Shown one piece after another: positions 10,009 to 20,148 of a DNA stretch of 64,000 nucleotides. This DNA is from Alphaproteobacteria bacterium UBA2966. Its GTDB lineage: Bacteria > Pseudomonadota > Alphaproteobacteria > UBA2966. The notes under the pieces are model-generated. The model was not told the origin of the DNA. It saw nothing but the letters and a program-made list of their open reading frames with translations, and did not search any database. Position 1 is the first letter of the stretch. The number at the start of each line of letters is the position of its first letter. The stretch covers positions 15,224-79,223 of the forward strand of contig DEBC01000130.1 in assembly GCA_002348365.1 (NCBI GenBank). Direction: 5' to 3'. A program made the translations under genes and the position numbers.

Positions 10009-11862
10009 TCAGTGAACGCGCGCCGAACCTCCGGGAGTCATGTGCTGGGGGTCCTCGTCGAACAACTCGGCGAGCTTGTCCATCATGGCGCCGCCGAGTT
10101 GTTCCGCATCGACGATGGTTACCGCCCGCCGGTAGTAGCGTGTAACGTCGTGGCCGATACCGATTGCGACGAGTTCGACCGTCGATCTCGTCTCGATCCA
10201 TTGGATGACCTGACGCAGGTGCCGATCCAGGTAGTTGCCGGGATTGATCGACAAGGTCGAATCATCCACCGGGGCGCCATCTGAGATGACCATCAGGATC
10301 CGGCGTTGTTCGTGGCGTCCCAAAAGTCGGTAATGGGCCCACAGCAACGCTTCGCCGTCGATGTTCTCCTTGAGGATACCCTCGCGCAACATGAGCCCCA
10401 GGCTCTTTCGTGCCCTCCGCCAGGGCTCGTCCGCGCCCTTGTAGATGATATGACGCAGATCGTTGAGACGCCCGGGGTTGGGTGGCTTGCCCCGTGACAG
10501 CCATAGCTCTCGCGCTTGGCCGCCTTTCCAGGCACGTGTAGTGAAGCCGAGAATCTCGACTTTGACGCCACAGCGTTCCAAGGTGCGTGCAAGGATGTCG
10601 GCGCATGTCGCGGCAACGCTGATCGGGCGTCCCCGCATCGAACCCGAATTGTCGATGAGCAACGTCACGATGGTATCGCGGAAATTGGTTTCCTGCTCCT
10701 GCTTGTAAGACAGGGAATGCATGGGGTTGACCACAATCCGGGCCAATCGGGCGGCATCCAGCAGACCTTCATCGAGATCGAATTCCCAGGACCGTTGCTG
10801 CTTGGCCAACAGCCGTCGCTGCAAACGATTGGCAAGCCGACCGATCACCGTCTGCAGATGTTGAACCTGCCGGTCGAGCTGTGCCCGAAGCCGGACAAGT
10901 TCTTCGGCGTCACATAACTCTGTGGCCTCGACGATCTCGTCAAACTGGGAGGAATAAGATTGGTATGGTGGCTCGTTTGCGTTGTCGCCGTATATCCCAT
11001 CCGGCCACCACGGGTGTTCAGACTTGCCAGGATCCTCTTCACCATCTCCCATGGGTTGCATTTCATCGGAGGCAATGAAGTCGGTTTCGCCGGCACTCTC
11101 GCCTTCAGCGACCTCTTCGGTCTCCGCGGACATGCCTTCGGGTGGTGATCCGTCACCGTTTTCGTCTTGGTTCTCTTGATCCGTCTCATCCTGATCGGAT
11201 GATTGGTCGAGTTCCTCCTCCTCGCCATCCCATTCCTCGGCGAGTTCGAGATGAGCGATCAGCCGCCGTGCCACAGCAGAAAATGATGCTTGATCGTCGA
11301 TGGTTTCGGCGAGGTCGTGGAAATCGCTACCTGCCTTCTTTTCGATCTCTTCGCGCCAGAGATCCACGATTTGCCTGCCGCCCTCAGGCGTTGCGCAGCC
11401 GGTCAATTGCTCGCGCAGCATCAGTCGGACAGCATCGGCCAGTGGCGCCTGCTCCCGGTGTTCCATCTTGGCGAAACCGCGAGCCTCGCACTCCTTCGCC
11501 AGTGCGTCTTCGAGATTCTGCGAAACGCCGACCATGCGCCGGGCACCGATGGCTTCGATGCGCGCGAGTTCTACGGCGTTAAAAAGTGCACGTGCGTCCT
11601 GGCCCTTGGGAGCACGCGCTGCGTGCAGTTTTTCGTCATGGTGGCGGACCCGAAGTGCCAGCGAATCGGCCATCCCGCGAATCTGCCCGACTTCGTTCGC
11701 CGGAAGCTCCCGCGAAGGCAGGGGTAGGCGGGCGCGGTCGCCGCTGAGACCCGCCCCTTCGGAACCATAAGAGACCTCCAGCTCTTCGTTTTCGGCGATC
11801 GCCCGCATCGTCGCGGTAACGGCGCGCTTAAACGGTTCAACCGGGCTCTCGGGCTGGCTCAT
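10009..11862 (-). CDS. cobT: cobaltochelatase subunit CobT (aerobic pathway; vWA domain, acidic linker)
   Basis: 617 aa, [33 protein letters not shown]..., with a D/E-rich linker and a C-terminal von Willebrand A domain; adjacent to cobS. Confidence 0.85.
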   Translation of the reverse strand: MSQPESPVEPFKRAVTATMRAIAENEELEVSYGSEGAGLSGDRARLPLPSRELPANEVGQIRGMADSLALRVRHHDEKLHAARAPKGQDARALFNAVELARIEAIGARRMVGVSQNLEDALAKECEARGFAKMEHREQAPLADAVRLMLREQLTGCATPEGGRQIVDLWREEIEKKAGSDFHDLAETIDDQASFSAVARRLIAHLELAEEWDGEEEELDQSSDQDETDQENQDENGDGSPPEGMSAETEEVAEGESAGETDFIASDEMQPMGDGEEDPGKSEHPWWPDGIYGDNANEPPYQSYSSQFDEIVEATELCDAEELVRLRAQLDRQVQHLQTVIGRLANRLQRRLLAKQQRSWEFDLDEGLLDAARLARIVVNPMHSLSYKQEQETNFRDTIVTLLIDNSGSMRGRPISVAATCADILARTLERCGVKVEILGFTTRAWKGGQARELWLSRGKPPNPGRLNDLRHIIYKGADEPWRRARKSLGLMLREGILKENIDGEALLWAHYRLLGRHEQRRILMVISDGAPVDDSTLSINPGNYLDRHLRQVIQWIETRSTVELVAIGIGHDVTRYYRRAVTIVDAEQLGGAMMDKLAELFDEDPQHMTPGGSARVH

Positions 11863-11893
11863 GATACCTCGGTGGTCGGGGTCGCGGTTGCGA

Positions 11894-12898
11894 CTACATC
11901 AACGTAATGTTGGTGGCGGATTCGGGAAGTTCTTCGCCGATACAGCGCTGGTAGTACTCCGCCACCGTGGTCCGCTCCACCTCGTCGCACTTATTCAGGA
12001 AAGTGAGGCGGAAGGCAAAACCCACATCATTGAAGATGGATGCGTTCTCGGCCCACGTGATGACGGTCCGTGGCGACATCACGGTGGAGATGTCTCCGTT
12101 CATGAAACCGGCACGTGTGAGATCGGCAAGATTGACCATATTGGCCACGACTTTGCGGCCCTCGGCCGTGTCATAAGCCGGGGTCTTGGCAAGAATAATC
12201 TCGAGCTCCTTCTCATGAGGCAGATAATTGAGCGTCGAAACAATATTCCAGCGGTCCATCTGGCCCTGGTTGATCTGCTGTGTGCCGTGATAAAGGCCCG
12301 TGGTGTCACCCAGGCCGATGGTGTTGGTCGTGGAGAAAAGCCGGAACGCGGGATGCGGACGGATGACCTTGTTTTGATCCAACAGGGTCAGTTTGCCCTC
12401 AGCCTCAAGTGCCCGCTGAATTACGAACATCACGTCCGGCCGGCCGGCGTCATACTCGTCGAACACCAGCGCGGTCGCTGATTGCAGCGCCCACGGCAGC
12501 ATGCCTTCTCGAAACTCCGTTATCTGCTTGCCATCCCGGATGACGATGGCGTCTTTGCCGATGAGATCAATTCGGCTGATATGGGAGTCAAGATTGACCC
12601 GGACGCACGGCCAATTGAGTCGCGCCGCTACCTGTTCAATGTGGGTCGATTTGCCAGTCCCGTGATAGCCTTGGATCATGACGCGGCGGTTGTAGGCGAA
12701 GCCGGCCAGGATGGCGAGAGTGGTTTCGTGATCGAAGCAATAGGCCTCGTCGATATCCGGCACCAACTCATGCGTCTGTGAGAACGCGGGTGCCTGTAGA
12801 TCGGTTTCGAGCCCAAAGACCTGATTGACCGACACGGTGATGTCGGGAACGCCGAGCGGCTGTTCGGCCCCTTCGACCGCGGTATCCGTGGAATCCAT
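11894..12898 (-). CDS. cobS: cobaltochelatase subunit CobS (AAA+ ATPase)
   Basis: 334 aa with Walker [29 protein letters not shown] and an AAA+/MoxR-like fold. Confidence 0.9.
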   Translation of the reverse strand: MDSTDTAVEGAEQPLGVPDITVSVNQVFGLETDLQAPAFSQTHELVPDIDEAYCFDHETTLAILAGFAYNRRVMIQGYHGTGKSTHIEQVAARLNWPCVRVNLDSHISRIDLIGKDAIVIRDGKQITEFREGMLPWALQSATALVFDEYDAGRPDVMFVIQRALEAEGKLTLLDQNKVIRPHPAFRLFSTTNTIGLGDTTGLYHGTQQINQGQMDRWNIVSTLNYLPHEKELEIILAKTPAYDTAEGRKVVANMVNLADLTRAGFMNGDISTVMSPRTVITWAENASIFNDVGFAFRLTFLNKCDEVERTTVAEYYQRCIGEELPESATNITLM

Positions 12899-12929
12899 GA
12901 AGTGAGTCCGTGTTGTTAAGGGCTACGGA

Positions 12930-13517
12930 TCATGTGTAGCCGGAAGAGAGCAAGAAGCCATACGCTTGATTGACGGCCTTCAGCCTTTCCTCGGCTTTCT
13001 TGCTGCCACCGTTAGCGTCTGGATGGAACTTTTTGACGAGTTCCTTGTATCGGTCCTTGATTTGTTGCAAGTCTGCGTCTGAGTCAAGGTTCAGTTCGGC
13101 CAAGGCGCGTCTTTCTTCGGACGTGATTCTCCGCCTTTGGCCTGATTCGTCTACGACTGTAACGTCATCTTCGCCCCATAAAACCCCGTAATCGTCCCGA
13201 AAACTGCCAAAAAAATCGCGGTCAGGAGAGAAATCGCGCGCAGCGCCTTTTCGAGAGTCAGTTGCAAACGGCCAAGTGGGTCGATGCCAGGTGACAGCAC
13301 TTTTTTGGAATCTTTCGATGTCGTTCTGGGACATGCCGTCAAAGTAATTCCAGGTCGAGTTGTAGGCACGAACATGATCGAGGCAGAACCAAAAGTATGA
13401 ATCGAGATCGTGCGGAGATTTCGGCGCCCGGAATTCCCCCTCGGAATCGCACTCCGGATGATCGCAGACGCGAACGGACTGTGCGGGACTGAAATTCTTG
13501 AGCTTAGACGGGGGCAT
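12930..13517 (-). CDS. J-domain protein conserved next to cobS in alphaproteobacteria
   Basis: 195 aa; C-terminal J domain (DLQQIKDRYKELVKKFHPDANGGSKKAEERLKAVNQAY) and N-terminal Cys/His cluster. Confidence 0.7.
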   Translation of the reverse strand: MPPSKLKNFSPAQSVRVCDHPECDSEGEFRAPKSPHDLDSYFWFCLDHVRAYNSTWNYFDGMSQNDIERFQKSAVTWHRPTWPFATDSRKGAARDFSPDRDFFGSFRDDYGVLWGEDDVTVVDESGQRRRITSEERRALAELNLDSDADLQQIKDRYKELVKKFHPDANGGSKKAEERLKAVNQAYGFLLSSGYT

Positions 13518-13637
13518 TCAACAAGTATGGAGTCAGGCCGTTGTGCTGACAACCGTTGGCACGACGCGGATTTTTGTAGAATTGAACATAGGGTCAATAC
13601 TTGCTACCACGATTCAATCGCAACGGGAGTTGATGGC

Positions 13638-14438
13638 GTGACGGTCGACACAGCACAAATCGTCAGTGCAGCGGAGTTTCTCTCGCAGGCTCGCCTCGGC
13701 GGCGGTCCAACGCAAGCGCCGCCGGCCGACCTTTCGCCCGAAACCGAGGCGGAAGGCTACGCGATCCAGGATGCGCTTCACGACATTCTTGAACGGGCAG
13801 GGCATGGACAGCCGATCGGACACAAGATCGGTTGCACGACACCCGTCATGCAGGCGTTTCTCAAGATCGATCATCCCTGTTCAGGCGAAGTGTTCGACAG
13901 CACGGTATTTCAGGAAAGTGTCGAACTGCCACTGTCCGAGTTTCACCGTATTGGTGTGGAATGCGAAATTGCGGCACGTCTTGGTACTGATCTGCCCGGT
14001 AACCTCAGTTCCTATACGCGTGACAGCGTTGGCGACGCGGTGTCGGCGCTCATGGGGGCCATCGAGCTTGTTGATGACCGGTACGAGGACTACGCGGCCC
14101 TCTCGGCTCCCATCCTGATCGGCGATGATTTCTTCAATGCCGGCGTTGTCCTGGGCGACGAGCAAACCGCTTGGCGGGAACTGGATCTGGCGGCGATACG
14201 TGGCACCCTCATGATCGATGGTGTCGAACATGCTTCCGGGTTCGGCTCCGACATACTCGGCGATCCACTCGAGGCACTGGCATGGCTCGCCAACCACCGC
14301 GTCCAAATGAGAAAGCCGTTGCGCGCGGGCACCTTTGTCATGCTGGGGAGCGTCGTGCAAACGGTGTTCTTTGATGCCCCCGCGAGAGTCAGCGTCGAGC
14401 TTACGGGTCTCAGTCAAGCTGAGGTGCGATTTGTCTGA
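13638..14438 (+). CDS. 2-keto-4-pentenoate hydratase / 2-oxohepta-3-ene-1,7-dioate hydratase-like protein
   Basis: Similar to MhpD/HpaH-type hydratases (EAEGYAIQDALHDILERAGHGQPIGHKIGCT...GVECEIAARLG). Start set at GTG 13638 (GGGAG 8 nt upstream); the ORF-track extension back to 13410 overlaps the J-domain gene. Confidence 0.6.
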   Translation: MTVDTAQIVSAAEFLSQARLGGGPTQAPPADLSPETEAEGYAIQDALHDILERAGHGQPIGHKIGCTTPVMQAFLKIDHPCSGEVFDSTVFQESVELPLSEFHRIGVECEIAARLGTDLPGNLSSYTRDSVGDAVSALMGAIELVDDRYEDYAALSAPILIGDDFFNAGVVLGDEQTAWRELDLAAIRGTLMIDGVEHASGFGSDILGDPLEALAWLANHRVQMRKPLRAGTFVMLGSVVQTVFFDAPARVSVELTGLSQAEVRFV

Positions 14439-14542
14439 GGTTGCGCCACTCCGGCGAGATCACGGTGAAAGGGGAACGGCTTGACAGGTGATCACGTGCT
14501 GACCAACGTGCGGGACCCTCATAGGTCTGTGGAATTGAGAAA

Positions 14543-14815
14543 ATGAGTGTCGCCGAATCAATCCAGTCCAAGTTGAGCGAGGCATTCTCGCCGACTAACC
14601 TGAACATCATCGACGAGTCACATCTGCACGCGGGGCATATTGGTGCAAGACCCGAGGGTGAAACCCATTTTCGTGTCGACATTGTTTCCGCGGCCTTCGC
14701 CGGCGTCTCCCGCGTCGAACGCCAACGTATGATTTATCGCGTGCTGGCCGAGGAGCTTTCCGAGCGCGTTCACGCGCTCGCACTTCAGGTGCGGACACCC
14801 GAAGAGGCGGCCTGA
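14543..14815 (+). CDS. BolA family transcriptional regulator
   Basis: 90 aa, MSVAESIQSKLSEAFSPTNLNIIDESHLHAGH... Confidence 0.8.
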   Translation: MSVAESIQSKLSEAFSPTNLNIIDESHLHAGHIGARPEGETHFRVDIVSAAFAGVSRVERQRMIYRVLAEELSERVHALALQVRTPEEAA

Positions 14816-14859
14816 GACGGAGCCGGGCGGAGAATCTTTCCCAATCCGGCACGACACCC

Positions 14860-15738
14860 TTAGATCAGGACGAAGGCGATGAGAAACGGCAGGGTCAGGA
14901 AGGAGAGTGTTGTTGAGATAACGACGGCTCCGGCGACATCCGAGGGCCGATTACCGTAGCGCTGCGCGAACAGATAGTTGTAGACGGCGACGGGCATCGT
15001 GCACTGCAGAATGACCACACCGCGCGCAACGCCCTCGAACTGAAACAGCTCCGCGAGGGCAAGGCCGATGGCGAACCCCAGGGCCAGTCGGAGTAAGCCA
15101 ACCCAGATCGCCCGTCCGAGGTTCTCGACCCGCATCTGGGCGAGCGCGACGCCGAGTGCGATCAGGATGGCCGGGATCGTGAAATCGCCGATCAGCTTGG
15201 TCGTATTGGCTAGCCATAGAGGTGGTTTCACGCCCAAGGCAAGAAATAAGACGCCGGCCGCCGCGGCCCAAATCAGTGGAGTCCGGAATAACCGCAGCGG
15301 CGAAATGTCGCCGGAGGCCAGCCACACGCCGAGGGTGAAGTTCCCAAGGGAAGTCACTGTGAAAAAGGCAATTCCGAGCGCCAGTCCCTCATCACCGAAT
15401 GCAAAAAGGCACAACGGCAAACCCATGTTCCCGGCGTTGGGGAACAAGAGGGAAGGAAGAAAGGTTCGGACGGGCTGTCGAGTGATCAAGAGGAGCCCAC
15501 CCCCCACGGCACAAATCACCGCCAGAGACACCAATGTGGCCAGCGCCATATCGCCCACGGCTTCAAGGTCGACCGCAAACCGCGTCAACGTCGAAAAGAT
15601 CAGACAAGGTGTGCCGATGACCAGCACAAGTGACGTCAGCAGCTCGGTGTTGAAGTGAGGCCCGAAACGAGCCCAGAGGAACCCCAGGGCGGCGCCGAGG
15701 AGGACAGGAGCAACGATGGCGAAGATCTCGGAGGTCAC
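14860..15738 (-). CDS. AEC (auxin efflux carrier / malate permease) family transporter, copy 1
   Basis: 292 aa, about 9-10 TM segments; GTG start overlaps the stop of copy 2 (GTGA). Confidence 0.8.
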   Translation of the reverse strand: MTSEIFAIVAPVLLGAALGFLWARFGPHFNTELLTSLVLVIGTPCLIFSTLTRFAVDLEAVGDMALATLVSLAVICAVGGGLLLITRQPVRTFLPSLLFPNAGNMGLPLCLFAFGDEGLALGIAFFTVTSLGNFTLGVWLASGDISPLRLFRTPLIWAAAAGVLFLALGVKPPLWLANTTKLIGDFTIPAILIALGVALAQMRVENLGRAIWVGLLRLALGFAIGLALAELFQFEGVARGVVILQCTMPVAVYNYLFAQRYGNRPSDVAGAVVISTTLSFLTLPFLIAFVLI

Positions 15739-16622
15739 AGCACGTATGCCAAGAGAAGGGGGAGCGTGACGATGGAGATGAAGCCTGAAACCACGACCAT
15801 CGCGGCAACTTCGTCGGGTTCCTGGTCATAGAACTGCGAAATGAGGTAGTTCACGACCCCAACCGACAGCGCACAGTTGATGATCAGAACGCCACGCTCC
15901 ACACCTTCGAAGTCGAACAGGTCTGCAGCCACGACACCGATCACAAAACCCATCCCCAGCCTCAAGATCGAGAGCCAGAAAGCGCGCCGAATATTGGCGA
16001 CCCGAAGCGTGGCAAGGGCCACGCCCAGCATGAACAGCAGAAGAGGGATGGCGAGGCCAGAGATCAGCCCTGTGGTATTGGCGAGCCAGACCGGCGGCTT
16101 GTTGCCGCTGACGAGGAAGAGGACGGCTCCCAGCGCGGCGTAGAGGAGCGGTGCCCGAACCAGGTCACGCCCTGAGAATTTTCCCGATGCCACCCACACA
16201 CCCAACGTTGCGACCATCACCGAATCAACAGTGAACCATGCGGTCGACAGCGCCAGACCAAGTTCACCGTACGCAAACAGGCACAGCGGCAGGCCGACGT
16301 TGCCGGCATTGGGATAGACCATGCCGTTGAGGTAGACGGGAAGTGACAGGCGTGCGGCGCGCAGCACCAGCGCACCGATCACAGCAAAAGCGATATGAGT
16401 CGCCAGCGAGGCCCACGCCATATCGACAAACACCAGGGGATCGACATCCACGCGGGTCAATGTCGAAAAGATCAGGCAAGGCATGCCGACGTTGTGAATA
16501 AGGTTGGCAAGGAATAGAACGTCGAAGTCCCGACCAAGCTTGGCCCAGGTGAAGCCGATCGAGATTGTGATCACGACAGGCGCGATCACCGGGATCAGGT
16601 TCAACAGTAACTCTTGAGACAT
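15735..16622 (-). CDS. AEC family transporter, copy 2 (tandem paralog)
   Basis: 295 aa, collinear with copy 1 (both share ...PCLIFSTLTR..., ...LPLCLFA..., ...WLANTT...). Confidence 0.8.
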   Translation of the reverse strand: MSQELLLNLIPVIAPVVITISIGFTWAKLGRDFDVLFLANLIHNVGMPCLIFSTLTRVDVDPLVFVDMAWASLATHIAFAVIGALVLRAARLSLPVYLNGMVYPNAGNVGLPLCLFAYGELGLALSTAWFTVDSVMVATLGVWVASGKFSGRDLVRAPLLYAALGAVLFLVSGNKPPVWLANTTGLISGLAIPLLLFMLGVALATLRVANIRRAFWLSILRLGMGFVIGVVAADLFDFEGVERGVLIINCALSVGVVNYLISQFYDQEPDEVAAMVVVSGFISIVTLPLLLAYVL

Positions 16623-16714
16623 GAAGCTCTGCAGTCCGCCGCGTCACTCGGTCCGGGCGCACTGACGGGTGCAGACAGCATGTGCCGCCGCCCGACACAC
16701 CAACGACTCGGACA

Positions 16715-17998
16715 TCACGAGGCTTCGGTCTGTGGTTTGGGCGGTGGTGTTATTCGCAGAGACACAATTTGATTTCGTTGACGGCGAAGGACTTCGAACC
16801 TGAACTCGAAGAAAGTGAAAATCTGTCCGACCTCTGGAATGACCTGTGCGTTGTAGATCACCAGTCCAGCAACTGTCGCCGCTTCTTCGTCGGGCATGCT
16901 CCAGTCGAACAGACGATTCAGGTCGCGAATCGTCGTTTCGCCCTCGACAATGTAAGACCCATCCCCCAGGGCACGCACGGTCGGAGCCGGAACGTCATGC
17001 TCGTCCGCGATGTCACCGACAATCTCTTCGAGAATATCCTCCAGCGTGACGAGGCCCATCAACGTCCCGTACTCGTCGACGACGAGCGCGACATGTGCCC
17101 GCCGGCGGCGAAAGGCATTCAACTGTTGCCGCAGGGAAGTCGTTTCAGGCACGAACCACGGTTCGCCGATCACCGCGCTGACGTCCAGATCATCCAGAGA
17201 CCCCTCATGTGAATGCAGCGCCTTCAGCAGATCCTTGACATGGACGATCCCGATGATGTTGTCGCTATCATCTCGCCACACGGGAATCCGCGTGTAGGGA
17301 CTGGAGAGGATTTGATTGACGAGGCTCGAAGGTGGATCGTCCGCATTGACAGCAAACATGTTTCGGCGGTGAACCATGACTTCATCAACTTCCACTTCGG
17401 TCAGGTCCAATATGCTGCCGAGCATGTCTCGTTCGTGCTTGATCACCTCGCCTTCCTGGGCATGGAGATCGATTGTGCTTCGAATCTCCTCGCTTGCGGT
17501 CGTAATACGGGGGGATCCGCGTCCCGCACCGAGCAACCTCAATGTCACGGCAACAACGGTGTTCAATGTTCTCGTGATCGGTGAGAACAAGGCCACGAAG
17601 ATTCGTATGATCGGTGCCACACCCAGAGCGACGCGATCGGCGTTGGTAAGGGCGTAAGTCTTCGGGAGAATCTCCGAGAAAATCAGCACCAGGGTCGTCA
17701 TGACAACCGTGGCGATAGCGACGCCAAGATCTCCGAAAAAGCTGATCAGGATGCTGGTCGCGATCGCCGATGCCAGAATGTTGACGAGATTGTTGCCGAG
17801 CAGGATGGCACCGATGAGATGCTCCCGCGTTTCCATGAGCGTCGACACGATCTGTGCGCGCCGGTTTCCTTTGCGTTGCAGATGGTGGATGCGGGCACGA
17901 TTGGACGCGGTGAGGGCGGTTTCCGAACCGGAAAACAAAGCCGACAGCACCAGCAGAGCGGCGATGGCAACCAGGGAAAAGAGAAGCGTCAGTTCCAA
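16715..17998 (-). CDS. HlyC/CorC (CNNM) family transporter: DUF21-CBS pair-CorC_HlyC
   Basis: 427 aa; N-terminal DUF21 TM region, tandem CBS domains, C-terminal CorC_HlyC domain. Confidence 0.85.
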   Translation of the reverse strand: MELTLLFSLVAIAALLVLSALFSGSETALTASNRARIHHLQRKGNRRAQIVSTLMETREHLIGAILLGNNLVNILASAIATSILISFFGDLGVAIATVVMTTLVLIFSEILPKTYALTNADRVALGVAPIIRIFVALFSPITRTLNTVVAVTLRLLGAGRGSPRITTASEEIRSTIDLHAQEGEVIKHERDMLGSILDLTEVEVDEVMVHRRNMFAVNADDPPSSLVNQILSSPYTRIPVWRDDSDNIIGIVHVKDLLKALHSHEGSLDDLDVSAVIGEPWFVPETTSLRQQLNAFRRRRAHVALVVDEYGTLMGLVTLEDILEEIVGDIADEHDVPAPTVRALGDGSYIVEGETTIRDLNRLFDWSMPDEEAATVAGLVIYNAQVIPEVGQIFTFFEFRFEVLRRQRNQIVSLRITPPPKPQTEAS

Positions 17999-18100
17999 AT
18001 CATTGGATCCATGTAATTGACGGGGCGTCCGAGCCCCAGGTCGGCCAATGCCAATTCACTGCACGAATACGATCCTGACCGAAATTGTGATCTCGGGGGG

Positions 18101-19228
18101 TCATGCCGACACCGCCAGGTCTTCTTCCAATGCTGTGATGACGGTCTGTTCGTCGACATCGGCCGTGATGAATGCCTGACCGATTCCCCGGGCGAGAATG
18201 AAGGTCAGACGGCCGCCACGAACCTTCTTGTCCTGACGCATGTGATCGACCAGGACCTGAGGGCGAACACTTTCAAGTCCGGGGATCGATGCAGCTGTCA
18301 CCGGCAATCCGACGTCGTTGAAATGACGACGGACCCGCGCGGCGTCGTCAGCTGGGCAAAGCCCCAGGCGGGTGGACAGGTCGAACGCCATGACGATTCC
18401 GATGGCGACGGCCTCGCCGTGTATCAATCGTCCCTCGTAGGCGACTTCTGCTTCCAGCGCGTGCGCGAACGTGTGGCCAAGATTGAGCAGCGCGCGGGAC
18501 CCGGTTTCGCGTTCGTCGGCAGACACGATTTCCGCCTTCGACCGACAGCTTGTTATGACTGCGTGGCGCGTCGCATCTGGATCACCCGACAAGACGTGGG
18601 TGCCATTCTTCTCCAGCCAACCAAAGAATTCAGGCTGATCTATGAGGCCGTACTTCACCACTTCGGCATAGCCCGCACGCAACTCGCGCTCGGGTAGTGT
18701 GGCGAGAACGTCCGTATCCGCCAGCACCATCCTGGGTTGGTGAAAGGATCCAACCAGGTTCTTGCCAAAACGGGTGTTAATAGCAGTCTTCCCGCCCACG
18801 GAGCTGTCGACCTGAGCAAGTAGGGTGGTCGGTGCCTGAATGACGTCGATGCCTCGGCGCAAGATGCTTGCAGCGAACCCCGCAAGATCGCCGATTACAC
18901 CACCGCCCAGAGCAATGATCGCGTCGCCGCGTTCGACGCGCAATTCGAGAAGGCGATCGAGGAGGGATTCCAGGTGTTCGAAGCTTTTGGCGTGCTCGCC
19001 GGCAGGCACCGTGATCAATTCGGCTTCGATTGCAGTGGTGGAGAGCGATTCCGCGAGCCGCGCGTAATGCAGAGCGGCAACGTTCTCGTCGGACACGATG
19101 ACAACACGAGGCTGTTGGATTGCCGACCGAACGAGCGCACCGGCTTCGATAAGGAGTCCAGCTCCGACGTGTATGTTGTAACTGCGGTCGCCGAGAGAGA
19201 TCTCGACGACGTCCGGTGTGGTTTTCAT
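18101..19228 (-). CDS. aroB: 3-dehydroquinate synthase
   Basis: 375 aa, MKTTPDVVEISLGDRSYNIHVGAGLL..., with the DHQS nucleotide-binding signature; directly downstream of aroK. Confidence 0.9.
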   Translation of the reverse strand: MKTTPDVVEISLGDRSYNIHVGAGLLIEAGALVRSAIQQPRVVIVSDENVAALHYARLAESLSTTAIEAELITVPAGEHAKSFEHLESLLDRLLELRVERGDAIIALGGGVIGDLAGFAASILRRGIDVIQAPTTLLAQVDSSVGGKTAINTRFGKNLVGSFHQPRMVLADTDVLATLPERELRAGYAEVVKYGLIDQPEFFGWLEKNGTHVLSGDPDATRHAVITSCRSKAEIVSADERETGSRALLNLGHTFAHALEAEVAYEGRLIHGEAVAIGIVMAFDLSTRLGLCPADDAARVRRHFNDVGLPVTAASIPGLESVRPQVLVDHMRQDKKVRGGRLTFILARGIGQAFITADVDEQTVITALEEDLAVSA

Positions 19229-19245
19229 GGGTGCGTCAGTTACCT

Positions 19246-19821
19246 TCAGGACTCAACAGGGCCCATGAGCAGATAATCTCCTGCCGCCAGTTCATCCATG
19301 ATTTTGTCGACGACGGTGCGATGCGGTTTGTCGCCGGTATCCACTATGATATCGGCTTCACCATATATCGGGTATCTCTGATCGATCAGATTCTCCAGCG
19401 TTTCCTTCATGTCGCCGTCCTTGAGAAGAGGTCGGTCGTCGCGCCGTGCGCAGCGTCGAACCAGGACCTCGAGATCTGCGCGCAGCCAAATGGAAATGCC
19501 ACGTTCCTTGATCCTTTCCCGCGTCTCAGCGTTCATAAAAGCGCCCCCGCCGGTTGCCATGACGCCTGGTGGACCTTCCAAAAGCCGTGCGATAACCCTC
19601 TTCTCACCTTCGCGAAATGCTTCCTCTCCGTGAACTTCGAACATGTCAGCAATGGAACATCCCGCCGCCCGCTCGACCTCGTCGTCAGCATCGACGAAAG
19701 GAACATCCAGCCGGGCTGCCAGTCGCCTACCAATCGTGGTCTTGCCAGCGCCCATCAGTCCGACCAGCACGAGCATGCGGCTCGGGTTTGACTCCATTGT
19801 CGTTGAGTTGGGTTTCGACAT
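19246..19821 (-). CDS. aroK: shikimate kinase
   Basis: MLVLVGLMGAGKTTIGRRLAARLDVPFVDAD... The ORF-track N-terminal extension (to 20253) has no homology, so the start is set at ATG 19819-19821 (MSKPNSTTMESNPSRM...). Confidence 0.85.
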   Translation of the reverse strand: MSKPNSTTMESNPSRMLVLVGLMGAGKTTIGRRLAARLDVPFVDADDEVERAAGCSIADMFEVHGEEAFREGEKRVIARLLEGPPGVMATGGGAFMNAETRERIKERGISIWLRADLEVLVRRCARRDDRPLLKDGDMKETLENLIDQRYPIYGEADIIVDTGDKPHRTVVDKIMDELAAGDYLLMGPVES

Positions 19822-20007
19822 CTGTTCAACAGCAAAAGGGCGCGGCGGGTTCCGCAGGACTCCACACTTCGGTCGAGCTTTCAGGACATTGAATCCCGAT
19901 TCGCGAGCCGATAGACTGACCCAACTTCGCCACAATTGCACTTTAGCATACGTGGTCGGAGGCTGTCCTGATCCACTGGTGCGCCTCCTCAAGGTTTGCA
20001 TTACTTG

Positions 20008-20148
20008 ATGTCTAAGGCGCCCTATATCGTACTCATCATCATGCTGCTGGCCGTCGTGGGCGGTGCGGTGTTCCTTGCCACGTGGGACATTCCGCCACCG
20101 TCTGAGCGTGTGGAAAAGGTGTTGCCAGATGACCGATTCCCGCGCTGA
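20008..20148 (+). CDS. candidate 46-aa single-TM small protein
   Basis: ATG 20008 ... TGA 20146-20148 gives MSKAPYIVLIIMLLAVVGGAVFLATWDIPPPSERVEKVLPDDRFPR with high third-position GC. Its 3' end overlaps the start of the downstream gene by 20 nt in another frame. Below the ORF-track size cutoff. Confidence 0.3.
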   Translation: MSKAPYIVLIIMLLAVVGGAVFLATWDIPPPSERVEKVLPDDRFPR

